Origin: Octopus vulgaris
Lineage: Eukaryota
DNA length: 64,000 nucleotides
Direction: 5' to 3'
NCBI GenBank assembly: GCA_951406725.2
Contig: OX597834.1
Location: 13,144,001-13,208,000 of the forward strand
The stretch's first letter is position 1, and each line of letters begins with the position of its first letter. The translations under genes and the position numbers were made by a program. The notes beneath the pieces are model-generated. The model ran no database searches and had not been told where the DNA came from. It was given only the letters and a program-made list of their open reading frames with translations. Of the stretch, positions 12,401 through 27,893 are shown in pieces.

Positions 12401-13563
12401 GTTTAGAGAATAAACATTTGATTATATATGAAAATTACCATGGCCTTGAGCATATAAGCAGAATACATATATAACAAGAAACACCGAAGGTAAAATATAT
12501 ATATGCAAAATAAAATATTTATACGCATATATACATACATATATATGTATATACAGGCACAGGACATAAAAAAGTGGACTCAATGAGAAACGAAAACATA
12601 AAAACAAAAACATAGAAAATGAACTTTTTTCGAACAAGGAAAAAAACAGAGAACCGAGACATGCAACATAAAGAACATTCTCTTCATCAGTTGTCCCTGT
12701 TTCGTCTATTCTGCGAATGTATGTGTGTGCGCATGCGTTGTGTGTAAATGTGGGTGTGTGCTTATGACTGCTTTTCCCCTTTGTTTATGACTTCTAGTGT
12801 TTTTAACACCAGGCGTATTGACAACAACATTTTCCTATATATCACCAACTGACAAAATTTGTTGGTGTGTTGACATTTTTTGTAAAGTAGCATTTCGCCG
12901 ATAGAGAACGACAGAATAAGTTCCGGGCCTTAATTTCTTAAAAACAAAATGGAGTGGAATCGATTTGTTTGACTCAAACATTCTTCAAGGCAGTGCACCA
13001 GCATAGCTGCAATCAAATGAGAGTATGAAATAAAATAAGGGAAAAAATGCTGTGCACACACCAAGATACCTATGTTAGTATGCTTATGATCGTATGATAT
13101 CGCTATATATTGTTCAGTGTTTAAAACGACTTCTTTACTTAAAAAATTATCAGGCATTCGTCTCAAGCAATTTTAACAAAATATATTTGCTTACGTTATA
13201 TTTAAAGTGAGAACATGTGCTTAAATTCAGCTATGAATTTGACCACATTCTTTCAAAAGCCGGATGTCATATAACGGATTAATTCAATACAGTAAACAGA
13301 TTTTCTCGCTTATATATTTCAGACAAATCAGAGGGATTATTTGTCTAATCAACGCATGGATAATTATAGATAATTTTAGTTTTTCAACCTAAATACTCAC
13401 ACATATAGACATTATCTCACTCTTTCATTTTCTCTCTGTCTGTCTCTCTCTCTCTCTTTGTCTCATTCTGTCTATGTATATTTCTGTGTGTATAGATATG
13501 CATATACATACAAACACACACAAACCCAAGTATATACACAAACATATAAATATATACTGATAC

Positions 13564-13783
13564 ACGAGAGGGTGTTGAAATGTTACTGGCGTTGGGTAAA
13601 AATAAATACAGAATGATCGGTTAATTGTGATTTTATTCAGCATATATTCCTCTCGGCTTCACATACTTATTGCAGCGGTCCTATAGTTTTTCTTAAGCCC
13701 TGTAAAACAACTCGGAATATTCGACCTCCAGCAATGCCTTTTGCGATACCATTAAGGCCAGGTACTTTTCAGCATAACCTCGT
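13564..13783. mobile_element. Mariner-derived MITE, ~220 bp
   Basis: Imperfect TIRs ACGAGAGGGTGTTGAAATGTTACTGGC / GCCAGGTACTTTTCAGCATAACCTCGT. Internal minus-strand DRCNKYV resembles the mariner transposase C-terminal RWxKCV. Confidence 0.75.
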
Positions 13784-13840
13784 GTGCATCTATGTATGCA
13801 GATGCACAGATATTCCAAAACATGAATATATACTTATATA

Positions 13841-13912
<72 letters not shown>

Positions 13913-13996
13913 TATAAGCATATATATATATATACAAAAATATATGCATATATATATACACAAATATATACATATATATAAATACAAATATATGTT

Positions 13997-14027
<31 letters not shown>

Positions 14028-14208
14028 TATATGCATATATATATATACAAAAATATATGCATATATATATACAAAAATATATGCATATATATATACACAG
14101 ATATATACATATATATATACAAATATATGTTTATATATATATATATATAAATATATGCATATATACATACACAAATATATACATATATATATATATATAC
14201 AAATATAT

Positions 14209-14247
<39 letters not shown>

Positions 14248-14283
14248 CAAAGGGAGAGGGAGAGCTGTGTGTATATCTATCTA

Positions 14284-14329
<46 letters not shown>

Positions 14330-15077
14330 CATACATATATACATATATATACACATATATATACATGTATTTATGCATTTATGTACGTATGTTTGTATGT
14401 ATGTATGTATGTTTGTATGCATGTATGTATGTATGTATGTATGTATTTCACTGAGATGTTGCCTCTGCAATCTGGAAATGTCCTCCTTTCGTTAATACGT
14501 CATTAGCGATATCTACTTTACTGCTACGCTTGCGGTCAACGAACTCTACTTTCTATGTATAAGCTGCCCAGGCAACTCATACTATGAACACTAATAGTAA
14601 ATCTTCAGTGACGAAACGCCATTAAGTACAGAATGCGTACAGTGATGCCAACCGAGTTTCTCTATCTCCGAATGAAACACGCCTATACATCTCCACACAC
14701 ATACAGACAGACACAGATAAATAGAAAAAAGAAAGCGATAGAAAGACACGCACACATACATGCAGTAATATATACATACATATACACATAACCGTAAGTT
14801 TTTTTCAGATTATCGAAATTTGATATGGAAATGCCTACAAACATCGACATCGACGCCCATAAATTATTATTGTTCCTGGACGTTGTTTTGTAACCCACTT
14901 CAGACTTCTCAAAGTTTACATATGTTCCAGTCGTAGGTACTTGGATATAACAAGTACGTGTATATATATAATCCGAACATGAAAACACAAAAACAAAACA
15001 AAACAACGCGAGGACGTGGAACAAATATAGTATTATTGGACGCTCAGGAAGGAAGGGAAGAAGATATATATATATAT

Positions 15078-15144
<67 letters not shown>

Positions 15145-15325
15145 TAAATTAGAAATATAACCACTATTAGGCAAATCAAACAATGAAAAACTTAAGCCAA
15201 TACATAAAATTAATTAATTTAAATTATTTTAAATATATATCAAAAGTATTAAAAGATTAATAAAAGATAATGATTTAAACACTACGATCGTTCCATGGCT
15301 GTCCAATATATATATATATATTTAT

Positions 15326-15445
<120 letters not shown>

Positions 15446-15504
15446 AATAGAAGGCATTTTGCTGGTGTAAATTATTAAAGAAGAAGCAGGATTTGGATAA
15501 TTAC

Positions 15505-16250
15505 ATTAATTTTCGACTTAGTCCATTTGCTTTTCGGTGTACGTATTCCAGCATTCTACCTTCTTGCTCATTCCATTGCAAAATAATGTTTTCAGCTTAT
15601 CAAGCAGTCTTCTTTGCAATACGTTTTTCTCTTTTTCTGCCGTAGTAAATCGATGAGCTCGTAATGGAAGTTTGAGCGAACCGAGCATGTTATTATCGAA
15701 AGATTCGTGATGTGGGCAGTATGCAGAGTTCACCAGCAACTCAAAACCCATTTTAACAATCGTTTGGAATGTGTCGACGGCCGTTTCCTGAAGTGAATTG
15801 TTGTATCTTCGTACAAACAGTAATACTTATTTTGCATCTTGGTGCAAATTGCTGGTTTCTGTGTTATTGGCCAGCACTGTCGACTAACTAGCTGATGCTA
15901 GACGCCCCTTCCCGATAACGTTCCAGCAAATACCAAATATGCGTCCACAAAACCCTTTAGCATCACTTTTTTCTGCTGAAGGAGAATTTTGAATCTACTT
16001 TTCGCTGGAGACTCCAAATATTTCCTCTCCATAGACTGACTTCTGATGTTTCGCTCAATGTGATGGTCTCAGGTCTTTTCTACTGTGACTGTTCTCGCCT
16101 TCATAGCTTCAGCGTAGAGTGAGCGTTGAGAGATCTCCACACGATTGCGCTACTACGCTTCGGCACACTGTCGTCGTAACTGTGGCTCCCAAAATGTGCA
16201 GAAGCTGTCGTGGATGATTTCCTGTGCAGAACCATGACAAATTAGCAGAA
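15505..16250 (-). mobile_element. Decayed mariner transposase fragment
   Basis: ORF 15518-15751 (GFELLVNSAYCPH...LGSLKLPLRAHRF...LFCNGMSKKVECWNTYTEKQ) aligns by eye to mariner LGWEVLPHPPYSPDL...LKEALRGRRF...GIQKLVERWxKCV. FWEPQL at ~16180 resembles the WVPxxL motif. Confidence 0.7.
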
Positions 16251-16441
16251 AATCTGGCAATTGATCGGCCACAGAAGGTTACGCAGTGAATATAAATAGC
16301 TTTTTGTGAAAAGAGCGACCAATTTTTTCTTCGCTTTTTAGTATGTGTGTATGTGTGTGTATGTGCGGGTGCGTGATTGAATTTATCGGCCTTACTAAAT
16401 TATATAACCAACTGCAAATTAAATTTAAGTGTTTACAAGTG

Positions 16442-16528
16442 AGACCCCAGTGCGTAACTGGTACTTATTTAATCGACCCCGAAAGGATGAAAGGCAAAGT
16501 CGATCTCGGCAGAATTTGAACTCAGAGT
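16442..16528 (-). mobile_element. Family A SINE fragment
   Basis: Reverse complement of CTGAGTTCAAATTCTGCCGAGATCGACTTTGCCTTTCATCCTTTCGGGGTCG. Confidence 0.8.
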
Positions 16529-17795
16529 GTATACTAACTCCCTTTAGAGAATGGTTAATATATGCTATATTCGAACATATTCCAACTGGCGCAGATTTGG
16601 ATAGGAAGGATGATGCATTGTATACAGTTGGGAGTAAACCCAGGAAGGGAGATATCTCACATTGAAAAAGCGGCATTTCTAAAATACAACTATCTTTCTG
16701 AAAATGATTATAGAATTTACATAACACTTAAGCATGTAAACTGGCCCACACTGGCAAAAATAGTCTACCTTTTTATAATCAAACTGGCCAGATTCTGCAT
16801 CAGACAAATCAACTCTACAATGACATTCTAAAAATAAACGAACAGACAATGACTAATTAATTCAAAATAAAGAGAATAAATAAACATTATATTTGTCAAG
16901 GTAATCTAAATGCTAAATAGTTAAATAAATATCTGGGAATATTTTAAAGGTTTTAAAGAGAAATAACCGCCGTTTCAGGAGGTGGATATGGAATACATAC
17001 AGACTAATACTTATAGGAATGAACTTGAAATTTTATGCAAAACAGTGTGCTAGTAGACGGCAAATATATTTCGAAGATAATTCTCGGTGCAAAGACATCT
17101 GAAATGATGAGCGTTTTTACCCTAGGCTCATAGCACTACGCTGTGTATTTCAGTGAACGGAGACAAAAAAAATATAATAAAACGTCTAATAATTAGGAAA
17201 CAAAATATATAAGATGAATTCAGTGTTAATATTTGTAATTTAATAAATGTCATTATCTTCATTCATGCCTACCTTGTTACTGTGCGAAAAGAAGTGACAC
17301 CATTTTCAAATCTTTTTGTGCCATAAAATAAACAAGACTATATAAAATCTAACTTGATAAGTTTTCTGAGTTCAGTGTTGCCGAAGTATTTAGGAAAAAT
17401 TATATATAAGAAACAAAATCGAAAGGAAATATATTGTCTTTAGTCTATGCTGAAGAGATTAGCGGAATCATTCCTGACAAATGTCATGACTAATTCCATT
17501 CCTTTCGTCACAGTCGCAGACTATTTAAACGAATATTCGCCTTAGCACTTCATATCACAGTAGTGTACCATGAGGCTGCGAGTGTATGTGTATCATGTAA
17601 AGATATAGAAGAATGGTACTGTATCGTACAAAATCCATAGATGGATGTAACACACGAATAAGTAATTATATTAATACACACATAAACCCGTACATATATA
17701 ATAATAATCCATGCATAGGGTACACATACACACACGCAAAATTATTTATACATGTATATGTATTATATAAGTATTTATATGTATATATTATACAA

Positions 17796-18018
<223 letters not shown>

Positions 18019-18910
18019 TCCATGTAGAAAATTGGGATTATTTACAATTCAAGAGACGTCGGGGAAAAAATATACATTTAATTCTTTGATTGAAGTATTT
18101 GGGATTGAAATACGTAAAACATTCAATATTCCACTATTTTGCAAGAAGAGAAACCACCTCTACTATCAGTAACTCGTTTCGATTTTCAAACTTGTAACAG
18201 ACTTTGACTTTCTAAAGATATGTTTCTTAGCCACTCAAAATTATTTGCCGATGAAAGTATTCATATATATGTTGTCACCAGGAAAAAGAAAAATATATTG
18301 CTACCGAATAATAAAAGCTCCAGGTTCATAGGCACTACCTCAAGTTATATATTTCTGCCAAGATTTCATCGCAGAAGAGATTTATATATATTAATTATCT
18401 TAAATATTGTACCTCGTCCACTACAAACTATCTACGCACTTCACTTCATCTTAGCATAAAAATATCTAAAAATGGTGTCACATCTTTTCCCGCGTAATTA
18501 TATACGATTGCGCGAGATTTCATTAAGTATATGCATATTTATGTACGAATGACTTTTCATGTGTGCTGTTTGTATATATAAGTTACTATTTAAGTATCTG
18601 TGTGTCGGCATTCGCCATGCCAGATCGCTAGACACTAAACTATTTCTTTTTCTATTTTCTCTCCCTGTTTATTACTCTGTTCCTTTATGTCGAAAAGAAT
18701 ATGCTCGACACGTAAAAGACTTTTTCACTTAACGAGCGTTAAACTAATCCATTTGCTTGTTGTTTACACACCCGTCTTCGTACTTTGTTCTTTTGTAAAT
18801 TCTCTCTCTCTCTCTATATATATATATATAAATATATGTATATATATATATACACACACACACATATATATATATATACATATATTTAAATACATACTTG
18901 CATATGCGCG

Positions 18911-18987
<77 letters not shown>

Positions 18988-19036
18988 GGTCCCGGGTTGA
19001 TTCGGGGTTAACCACAGTAAATAAGGTACTTCAGGT

Positions 19037-19085
19037 GCTTCCTGAAGATTTCTCTTGAATGAAACAGTTCTAGTCCTGTAGAAGC
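19037..19085 (+). ncRNA. Type I hammerhead motif, copy 1 of 3
   Basis: GCTTC-CTGAAGA-TTTCTCTTGAAT-GAA-ACAG-TTCTAGTC-CTGT-A-GAAGC. Confidence 0.75.
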
Positions 19086-19214
19086 TCCTTCTATATAATA
19101 AATATATATATATATATATATATATTATGTAGGTCCCGGGTTGATTCGGGGTTAACCACAGTAAGTAAGGTACTCAATACATAGCAGAGTAAAATTAATT
19201 TATTATATAGAAGG

Positions 19215-19263
19215 AGCTTTACAGGACTAGTACTGTTTATTCAAGAGAAATCTTCAGGAAGCT
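19215..19263 (-). ncRNA. Inverted hammerhead copy with damaged core
   Basis: Reverse complement of the same unit, missing the G of GAAA and the first G of stem I 3'. Confidence 0.6.
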
Positions 19264-19274
19264 TCTTGTTAAAT

Positions 19275-19325
19275 AGCTTCCTGAAGATTTCTCTTGAATG
19301 AAACAGTACTAGTCCTGTAGAAGCT
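19275..19325 (+). ncRNA. Type I hammerhead motif, copy 3 (intact)
   Basis: Stem I AGCTTC/GAAGCT, core CTGAAGA at 19281-19287, short stem II TTC-TCTT-GAA, then GAAA. Stem III is ACAG/CTGT with a palindromic ACTAGT loop. GTA triplet, with AATAAA ~10 nt downstream. Confidence 0.8.
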
Positions 19326-19672
19326 CCTTCTATATAATAAAAATATATATATATATTATATATATACGCAAAAAGGGTGGAAAATAATTAATTTAATAAA
19401 ATTAATAAATTTCACCTAGTAGATTTATCGATATGGAAAATACCATATTTGGTAAGGTTTATATTAATTATAATTAAGGGTTAATTGCAACAAGTTGCTC
19501 AAAACCACATACCGAAAATATTAGAAATAGCAGCCAAATTGATCAAATATTTCTCCTACTAATAAAACATCGCCACAAACAAACAGAATTTGTAACCTGT
19601 ATATGGCAAAAAAGGAAGTAAACAACGAAATCCCAGCCTATGGATCTATATTATATATTGTAAATATATATG

Positions 19673-19712
<40 letters not shown>

Positions 19713-19724
19713 GTAAATATATAT

Positions 19725-19781
<57 letters not shown>

Positions 19782-19929
19782 TATGCTATTTAATAAATAT
19801 GTATAACTTAGACACATATGTATATGGTAAAGAGATATTTATTTTGATATAGATTTATAATCCCTGGATAAACCACATACGTTTCCCCTTCAGAAGTATC
19901 AACGTCATATGATGCTTATATTAGACATT

Positions 19930-19961
<32 letters not shown>

Positions 19962-20091
19962 TATATGTGTGTGTGTATGTGTGTGTGGTCGTGTGTTATG
20001 TTAGTGTGTGCGTGTGTCTGTATATATAAATATATACATACACAAATATATCATATATATGTGTATATGGATATATAAGTATACATATATG

Positions 20092-20138
<47 letters not shown>

Positions 20139-20160
20139 ACATATATTCATATACACACAC

Positions 20161-20192
<32 letters not shown>

Positions 20193-20728
20193 TATATATA
20201 TGATTGTGTGTGTATGTATATATTTATATATCCACACACACGCACTCACACACATTTCTTTATATATGAGTGTATTTTATTCAATTATATTCGAATATTA
20301 TAGAGTGCTTGTCCTTTGTACATAGAGCGGTAAATATATACTGCGTATTAGGAATGCTTTACAGGCATTTTAAGCTTGGTTTTGGTCGAAACACACCAAA
20401 CATATGAATGCGTTTCGATACATTTTTGAGGTAATCACCATTGCTTATTCACTCAAGCGAAAGAAATAACCTCTCTGATGTCGACCGCTATGCAGGAGGC
20501 ATTAGCCAAATTAGTTAAGACACGCCGAAATACAACATCGGCGAATTCAATATTAAATTATATAAACTTTTGCAGCGTAATATGTTCGTTAACATAATGC
20601 AGTATGGATGGTCAAGCTAGAACATTTTAAACTAAATTCTACAGATCTTTAGTTGAAACAAAATTACTAATATAATATAAATTTATATACATCTAAAACG
20701 CGAATCTATATATGTGTGTATGTGTACC

Positions 20729-20778
<50 letters not shown>

Positions 20779-20940
20779 ATATGTTTATAAAAATGAATGT
20801 ATATATATATATACACATATATATGTATATATATATATATATATATGTATATGTATGTATATATATGTATATATATATACATGTATATATATGCATATAT
20901 ATATAAATGTATATATATACATACATATATATATACATAC

Positions 20941-20980
<40 letters not shown>

Positions 20981-21426
20981 TCAAGAATTAGTTACATGAT
21001 GGCTGCTTGAGACAGTTTAAAAGGAATCCTTTTGACACTTTCTAAAGCGCTACTAAGAAAGGCAACGTATTCGATACCATTGATGTCAGAACGTTAGTTA
21101 TACTTATTATATCGATCACGGTAAGTTGAAAGGATCAATCAGTACGATCGAGAAATGAAACTGAGATTAAATCTATTTAATGGTAGACATCGATCTGGAC
21201 ATAAAAATAACCATATTTTCAATGACGGGATTTTGACCACATATCTATCCTGTTATGGACGGCTGAATTATCGATTGACATCATGGGGAGTTTGAAATAC
21301 ATTCTTGTCGAATAGGAACTGTATGATATTATAACCAAGACGTGCCTAATTGCTTTCCTACAATTTCTAACTTCGAAATCACTGAATATAGTATACGTGA
21401 TAAGATACATGCAGAGACACTCACAC

Positions 21427-21588
<162 letters not shown>

Positions 21589-21589
21589 G

Positions 21590-21627
<38 letters not shown>

Positions 21628-21689
21628 TATACATATATAGATAGGTAAATAGATATATATATATATATAGATATATATATTTATTTAAG

Positions 21690-22312
21690 TATGTGTGTAT
21701 GGGTTCGTGGATGTCATATATGATATATGCCTTAAGCATATATTCATACACACTCCCAACATATATATCATGATTAAACATAATTTCTGACATATTTTAT
21801 CTCCTATCTTTGAATCCATGCTGGTCGAAAAAGAGCTTTCTTTGTGTGTATTCTGCCATAGTAGGGCAAGTTGAAGGTAATATCTCACAGAAATACTCCG
21901 ATTCGTTTGCCTCTGCGCAGCAATGCCAGCTCTCTTATAACTGGAATTATTTTCAACATTTCACATTCTGCTTCACCAACTCGAGTCTGTGTGAGAGAAC
22001 CTGTGCCAACACGAGCGGTGTGTTATAGCATCGGTTCATTTACTGGTATGTCGTCCCATCACAATCTTGCCTGTGGCAAGGGGAACCACAAGATTTTGAC
22101 CTACGATACTCCAACTTTGAAAATAAGAAAACGCTTGTAGTTCTGGAGTTCAGGACGAGTACAGCTTTAAAAAGCAATTAATATACCGTAATATATATTA
22201 TAAAAATATTTGACGTCTCAGACACTAAGCAGTGTGCGCAGGCATAATCATTTATAGTGAGGGCTATCTAATTTCTTCAAATGCATATAAATACATGCAT
22301 ATATACATACAA

Positions 22313-22390
<78 letters not shown>

Positions 22391-22436
22391 ATATAAACAT
22401 ATATGTTTATATATTTATATATTACTAAATGAGGCT

Positions 22437-22479
<43 letters not shown>

Positions 22480-22810
22480 CGTGAGTCGCCTACGAGACCA
22501 TAACTCATGGTAAAGATGCACTCGTATATCTGTCAGTAGAATGGGTTTATTTTCCGAAATGTATAGTATTATATATCCATCGCGGATGATCTTACTAATC
22601 GGTTTCGCGTAAAGAATACAGAGGAGTGCTACGTAACAATCCGATTAAATTACCCCCGACAATAGAGAGCAGTCGACATATTCCCTTCCGTAGCACCTAA
22701 CCCTGATGAGTATAAAGTTATATAATCGGATTGTTACCTAACTCTTTACGCGAAACCCATTGGTGCGATCAGCCTTGATGAATATTTAATACTATACATT
22801 TCGGCTAATT
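21690..22810 (+). repeat. Copy 1 of a ~1.1-kb dispersed direct repeat (possible PLE remnant)
   Basis: High similarity to 26165-27300. It ends in an inverted-repeat module carrying CTGATGA...GAAA. Confidence 0.85.
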
Positions 22811-22854
22811 AATATATATCTACCTATCTACCTATATATCTATCTGTCTCTCCA

Positions 22855-22975
<121 letters not shown>

Positions 22976-23284
22976 TAGAGTATAAAAAATGTTTTCTGGG
23001 TCCGAGGTTTATGCGGCCCGTATCCTAGTTTCTGCAGCTTATAATATCTAGGATGTACACCGATCCGTAGCACAATTACTTGCTAAATGGATTTCTGCAA
23101 ATCCATGCAAAGACCCGCTTCTATCATGAATGACCATGTTATTGCCCCTTCCGAGGCACAAGCCTGGGCAAGTTGTTTATGGAAAAACCATCAGTCGCCC
23201 TTTCATACCAGCCTCTTCTCTCCACGTAACCGTGTGTGTGTGTGAGTGTGTCTGTGTGTGTTTATTATGTGTTATTCATTGCCA

Positions 23285-23671
23285 GGAGTCGCAATGGTCC
23301 AGTGGTTAGGGCAGCGGACACGCGGTCATAGGATCGCGGTTTCGATTCCCAGACCGGGCGTTGTCGTTGTTTATTGAGCGAAAACACCTAAAGCTCCACG
23401 AGGCTCCGGCAGGGGATGGTGGTGATCCCTGCTGTAATCTTTCACCACAACTTTCTCTCGCTCTTACTTCCTGTTTCTGTTGTACCTGTAATTCAAGGGG
23501 CCGGCCTTGTCACTATCTGTGTCACGCTGAATATCCCCGAGAACTACGTTAAGGGTACACGTGTCTGTGGAGTGCTCAGCCACTTACACGTTAATTTCAC
23601 GAGCAGGCTGTTCCGTTGATTCGGATCAACCGGAACCCTCGTCGTCGTAACCGACGGAGTGCTTCCACTCC
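23285..23671 (+). mobile_element. Family B SINE
   Basis: Full-length match to the other copies. TSD ATT(C/T)ATTGCCA. Confidence 0.9.
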
Positions 23672-25342
23672 ATTTATTGCCATGTTCGTAAAATTCAAGT
23701 GAGTGTAGCTGCTATGAAAACTGTACGCTCTTCCGGAACCGAACCGAACCGGACTTCTGAATCACTTATCTAGATAATACGTCTGAAAAACGTGAAAAAG
23801 CTACAATGAACCACACGATTCGCAATTATTGGTTCATTCGCTAATCAATACGATCGTGAGGTAATAAAATGTCTCCTGATTTAGTACATTCGTACTTATC
23901 ACGCTGTGACGGAATTTTTATATCTATCTCCCTCCTGCTTTTTCTTCTCCTTCGTTTCTTAGTCTGTTCATCTTACAGGCGCACGTATATACACACGTAC
24001 ATAAACACCCATGTGAGCGTGAGCGTGTGATCTTATGTAGTTCCATAGCGAGATAAGATTGAGAAATGGAGAAAAGAAGAGACACATTAAAACCTCCTAT
24101 CAGTGATAAATATACTTCAAATTAGGCCATATTTTATGACCCAGGTTTCACGTGTATGTGTGTATGTTTGTGTTCGTATACACGGCACATAAAAGCTTAC
24201 ATATTTATACATACACACATACAAATTCACATAAGTACACACACATTCACACACACACGCACACATGTATAAACCGACATCTTAACAACTACACCACGAA
24301 ACCACGCGCCTATACATATATTTGTGACTGTGTGGTGTTTGTATTTGTGTGTGTATAGTGTGTATGTGAATGGTGTGATCCTATTCGTTTTCTTGTATGC
24401 GAGTGTGTCTATGCGAGCATGTATTTGCAAAAGACTCTTTGATTTATTCCATCATTTTTTCTTAACAGAACTCAAATATCTATATAAAATAACTACTCTT
24501 AGATGTTATTTGTAAATTGCAGATAAACTATGAAGATATATCATGAATATGAAAAGCCTTTTTTGGTAATGAACGGTGACCTTTTGGGCTACTATCATAT
24601 TTGCAATCGCAGTTATACTCACCCTAAAGCCGATTTTCAAATAGAAATGAATTTTCTCAGGTTAGTTTTCCCCTGTTAATAAATGTGAAACTTGGAACAT
24701 TGGCCTCATGAAAACATTAATCTAATTTGATAAACAGCTTAACACGCTCTGTCAATTTTATCGGTCAGTTATCCCTTTGGATGTTTGTTAAGTTTTTAAT
24801 CCTTCATCCACTTGTATGGGATATATTTATTAGGCATTCACCAAATATACAATCAAAATTTATATAAAATTATAATCAACGTATAAAAAATTAGCGGGCA
24901 CTTAGGCAATATTTATAATATTTACACCAATTTAAAATATCATGAGATATTTTGAAACGTAAGCGCTGAAAGGAAAAGCGCTCAGAAACGTTGCGAAAGA
25001 ATTAATTGTTGTCTCCAAAAGTTACTTTCGAAAAATTATGTCAATGCATTCATCGAATTAAACGAGAATAAAAAGAATTCAATGGTACTTTTAGGTAGAG
25101 AAGGATGTTTCTGTGTATTTTACTTTGGCGCCAGTCTTATCAAGGATGTCTTATTGCTCATCACACCTTCCTGGGCTTTCCCGGATATGTTTATTACATT
25201 TGTAAATGTCTCATGCAAACACAAATAAATAATACTCAATAGATTTTGCTTAGTCTTTTATTAGAGTTAACTATAGTTCCATTGTGGCTATTATTCACAG
25301 ATTGACAACAGAACAACAAAACATGGAATTTCTCTCTCCCTG

Positions 25343-25431
<89 letters not shown>

Positions 25432-25432
25432 A

Positions 25433-25501
<69 letters not shown>

Positions 25502-25629
25502 CTTGAATGATTGTGTAACAAGATTCTCGGAAAAGGTATTTAGTCTTTGAAATATTGCTTGGCACCTACCTTCTGGCGCCTAAGCGAGTGTGGTGTAAAA
25601 GTGCAGGAACTAGCATACACCGAGAGCGA

Positions 25630-25675
<46 letters not shown>

Positions 25676-25859
25676 GGCAGACAGACAGATAAAGGAAACA
25701 TACAGAGAGAGAGAGAGACAGACAGACAGAACCAGAGATAGAGAGTAAATTATATAGAGTTCTATCTATAAGTGTGCATCTAGTCATAATTATTATATAC
25801 TTATCCTTACACAAGCAAACCCAAACACCCACACACCAAAACCATATATGTACACCGAC

Positions 25860-25902
<43 letters not shown>

Positions 25903-26014
25903 TATATATTTATAGATATATGCATACGTATATATATATATATTGATAGATAGATATATACATATATATATATATACATACATATATACATACATATACA
26001 TACATACATATATT

Positions 26015-26071
<57 letters not shown>

Positions 26072-26164
26072 GCATACATATATATATATATATTGATAGA
26101 TAGATATGTACATATATATATATATACGTACATATATATATATACATATATATATGTGTGTATG

Positions 26165-26799
26165 TGTGTATGTGTTCTTGGATGCCATATATGATATATG
26201 CCCTAAGCATATATTCATACACACTCCCTACATATATATCATGATTAAACATAATTTCTGACATATTTTATCTCCTATCTTTGAAGCCATGCTGGTCGAA
26301 AAAGAGGTTTCTTTGTGTGTATTCTGCCATAGTAGGACATGTTGAAGGTAATATCTCACAGAAATACTCCGATTCGTTTGCCTCTGCGCAGCAATGCCAG
26401 CTCTCTTATAACTGCTTCGCATTCTGCTTCACCAACACGAGTCTGGGTGAGAGGACCTGTGCCAACACGAGCGGTGTGTTATAGCATCGGTTCATTTACT
26501 GGTATGTCTTGCCCTCACATCTTTGCCTGTGGCAAGGGGAAACACAAGATTTTGTGTAATCCACATGTGGCTAAATCCACCCACTTGTTGACACGCGATA
26601 CTCCAACTTTGAAAATCAGAAAACGCTTGTATTTCTGGAGTTCAGGACGAGTACAGCTTTAAAAAGCAATTAATATACTGTAATATATAATATAAAAATA
26701 TTTGAAGTCTCAGACACTAAGCATTGTGCGCAGGCATAAAACTTTATAGCGAGGGCTATCTAATTTCTTTAAATGCATATAAATACATGCATATATACA

Positions 26800-26846
<47 letters not shown>

Positions 26847-26889
26847 GTATTTGTGTGTGTGTGTGTGTATTCATATATATATATACATA

Positions 26890-26965
<76 letters not shown>

Positions 26966-27300
26966 TGAATATATATATTTTCATATATATATATATATAT
27001 ATATATAAGTGCGTGAGTCGCCTACGAGTCAATAATTCGGGCTAAAGATGCACTCGTAGATGTCTCATTAGAGTGGGTATATTATACGAAATGTATTATA
27101 TATCCATCGCGGTTGACCTTACCAATCGGTTTCGCGTAAAGAATACAGTGGAGTGCTAGGTAACAATCCGATTAAAATACCTCCGACAACAGAGAGCAGT
27201 CGACATATTCCCTTCCGTATCACATAAAACTGATGAGTATAAAGGTATCTAATCGGATTGTTACCTGACGCTCTGTTGTACACTTTACGCGAAACCGGAT
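26165..27300 (+). repeat. Copy 2 of the ~1.1-kb dispersed direct repeat
   Basis: Matches 21690-22810 with indels, e.g. an extra ~40 bp at ~26555-26595. Confidence 0.85.
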
Positions 27301-27737
27301 TCTGACCTCGAACTATCTCAACGGACATCTTCTTCTGCTTTCACCCAGTCTGGCGTCTACGCATATAGATAGACAGTTTGTGCCATTTATTTCATGGGCT
27401 CCTCGTGAGCGTTTGTCGAAAAGCTTGCTGTGCATTTTGTTGGAGAATTAAGTTCCTGGATTTTCTTGTAGAGAAGGCTACAAAATGGACTCCTTATTCA
27501 ATCCGATTTAGGGATTTTGCAGTCTACGAAACATATGTAGAAAATAATAAAAAGGAATTTTGTTAAATCTTCGCTCACTTAATATATAAAACTTCAAATT
27601 TCCGCACTAAGGCACGGATTTTATGCCCCATGGTCGTAACTTCAACCGTGCTTTTTCTGTTGTGATTTTTGCTACCCAGGTATCGGTTATCATTTGAATT
27701 TCCGTAATAAGATAATTCATTTATCTACTTCAATAAC

Positions 27738-27768
<31 letters not shown>

Positions 27769-27812
27769 ACATACATATATATATACACATATACATACAT
27801 ATATATATATAT

Positions 27813-27893
<81 letters not shown>

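Noticed and set aside
12555-12715. CTGATGA on the minus strand at ~12684 in a repeat-like module
   Set aside because: I could not build stems I and III around a GAAA...NTH.
17445-17500. CTGAAGA followed by a hairpin
   Set aside because: No GAAA or cleavage triplet after the stem. Other isolated CTGANGA hits (3481, 14604, 46324, 52726, 53551) also fail.
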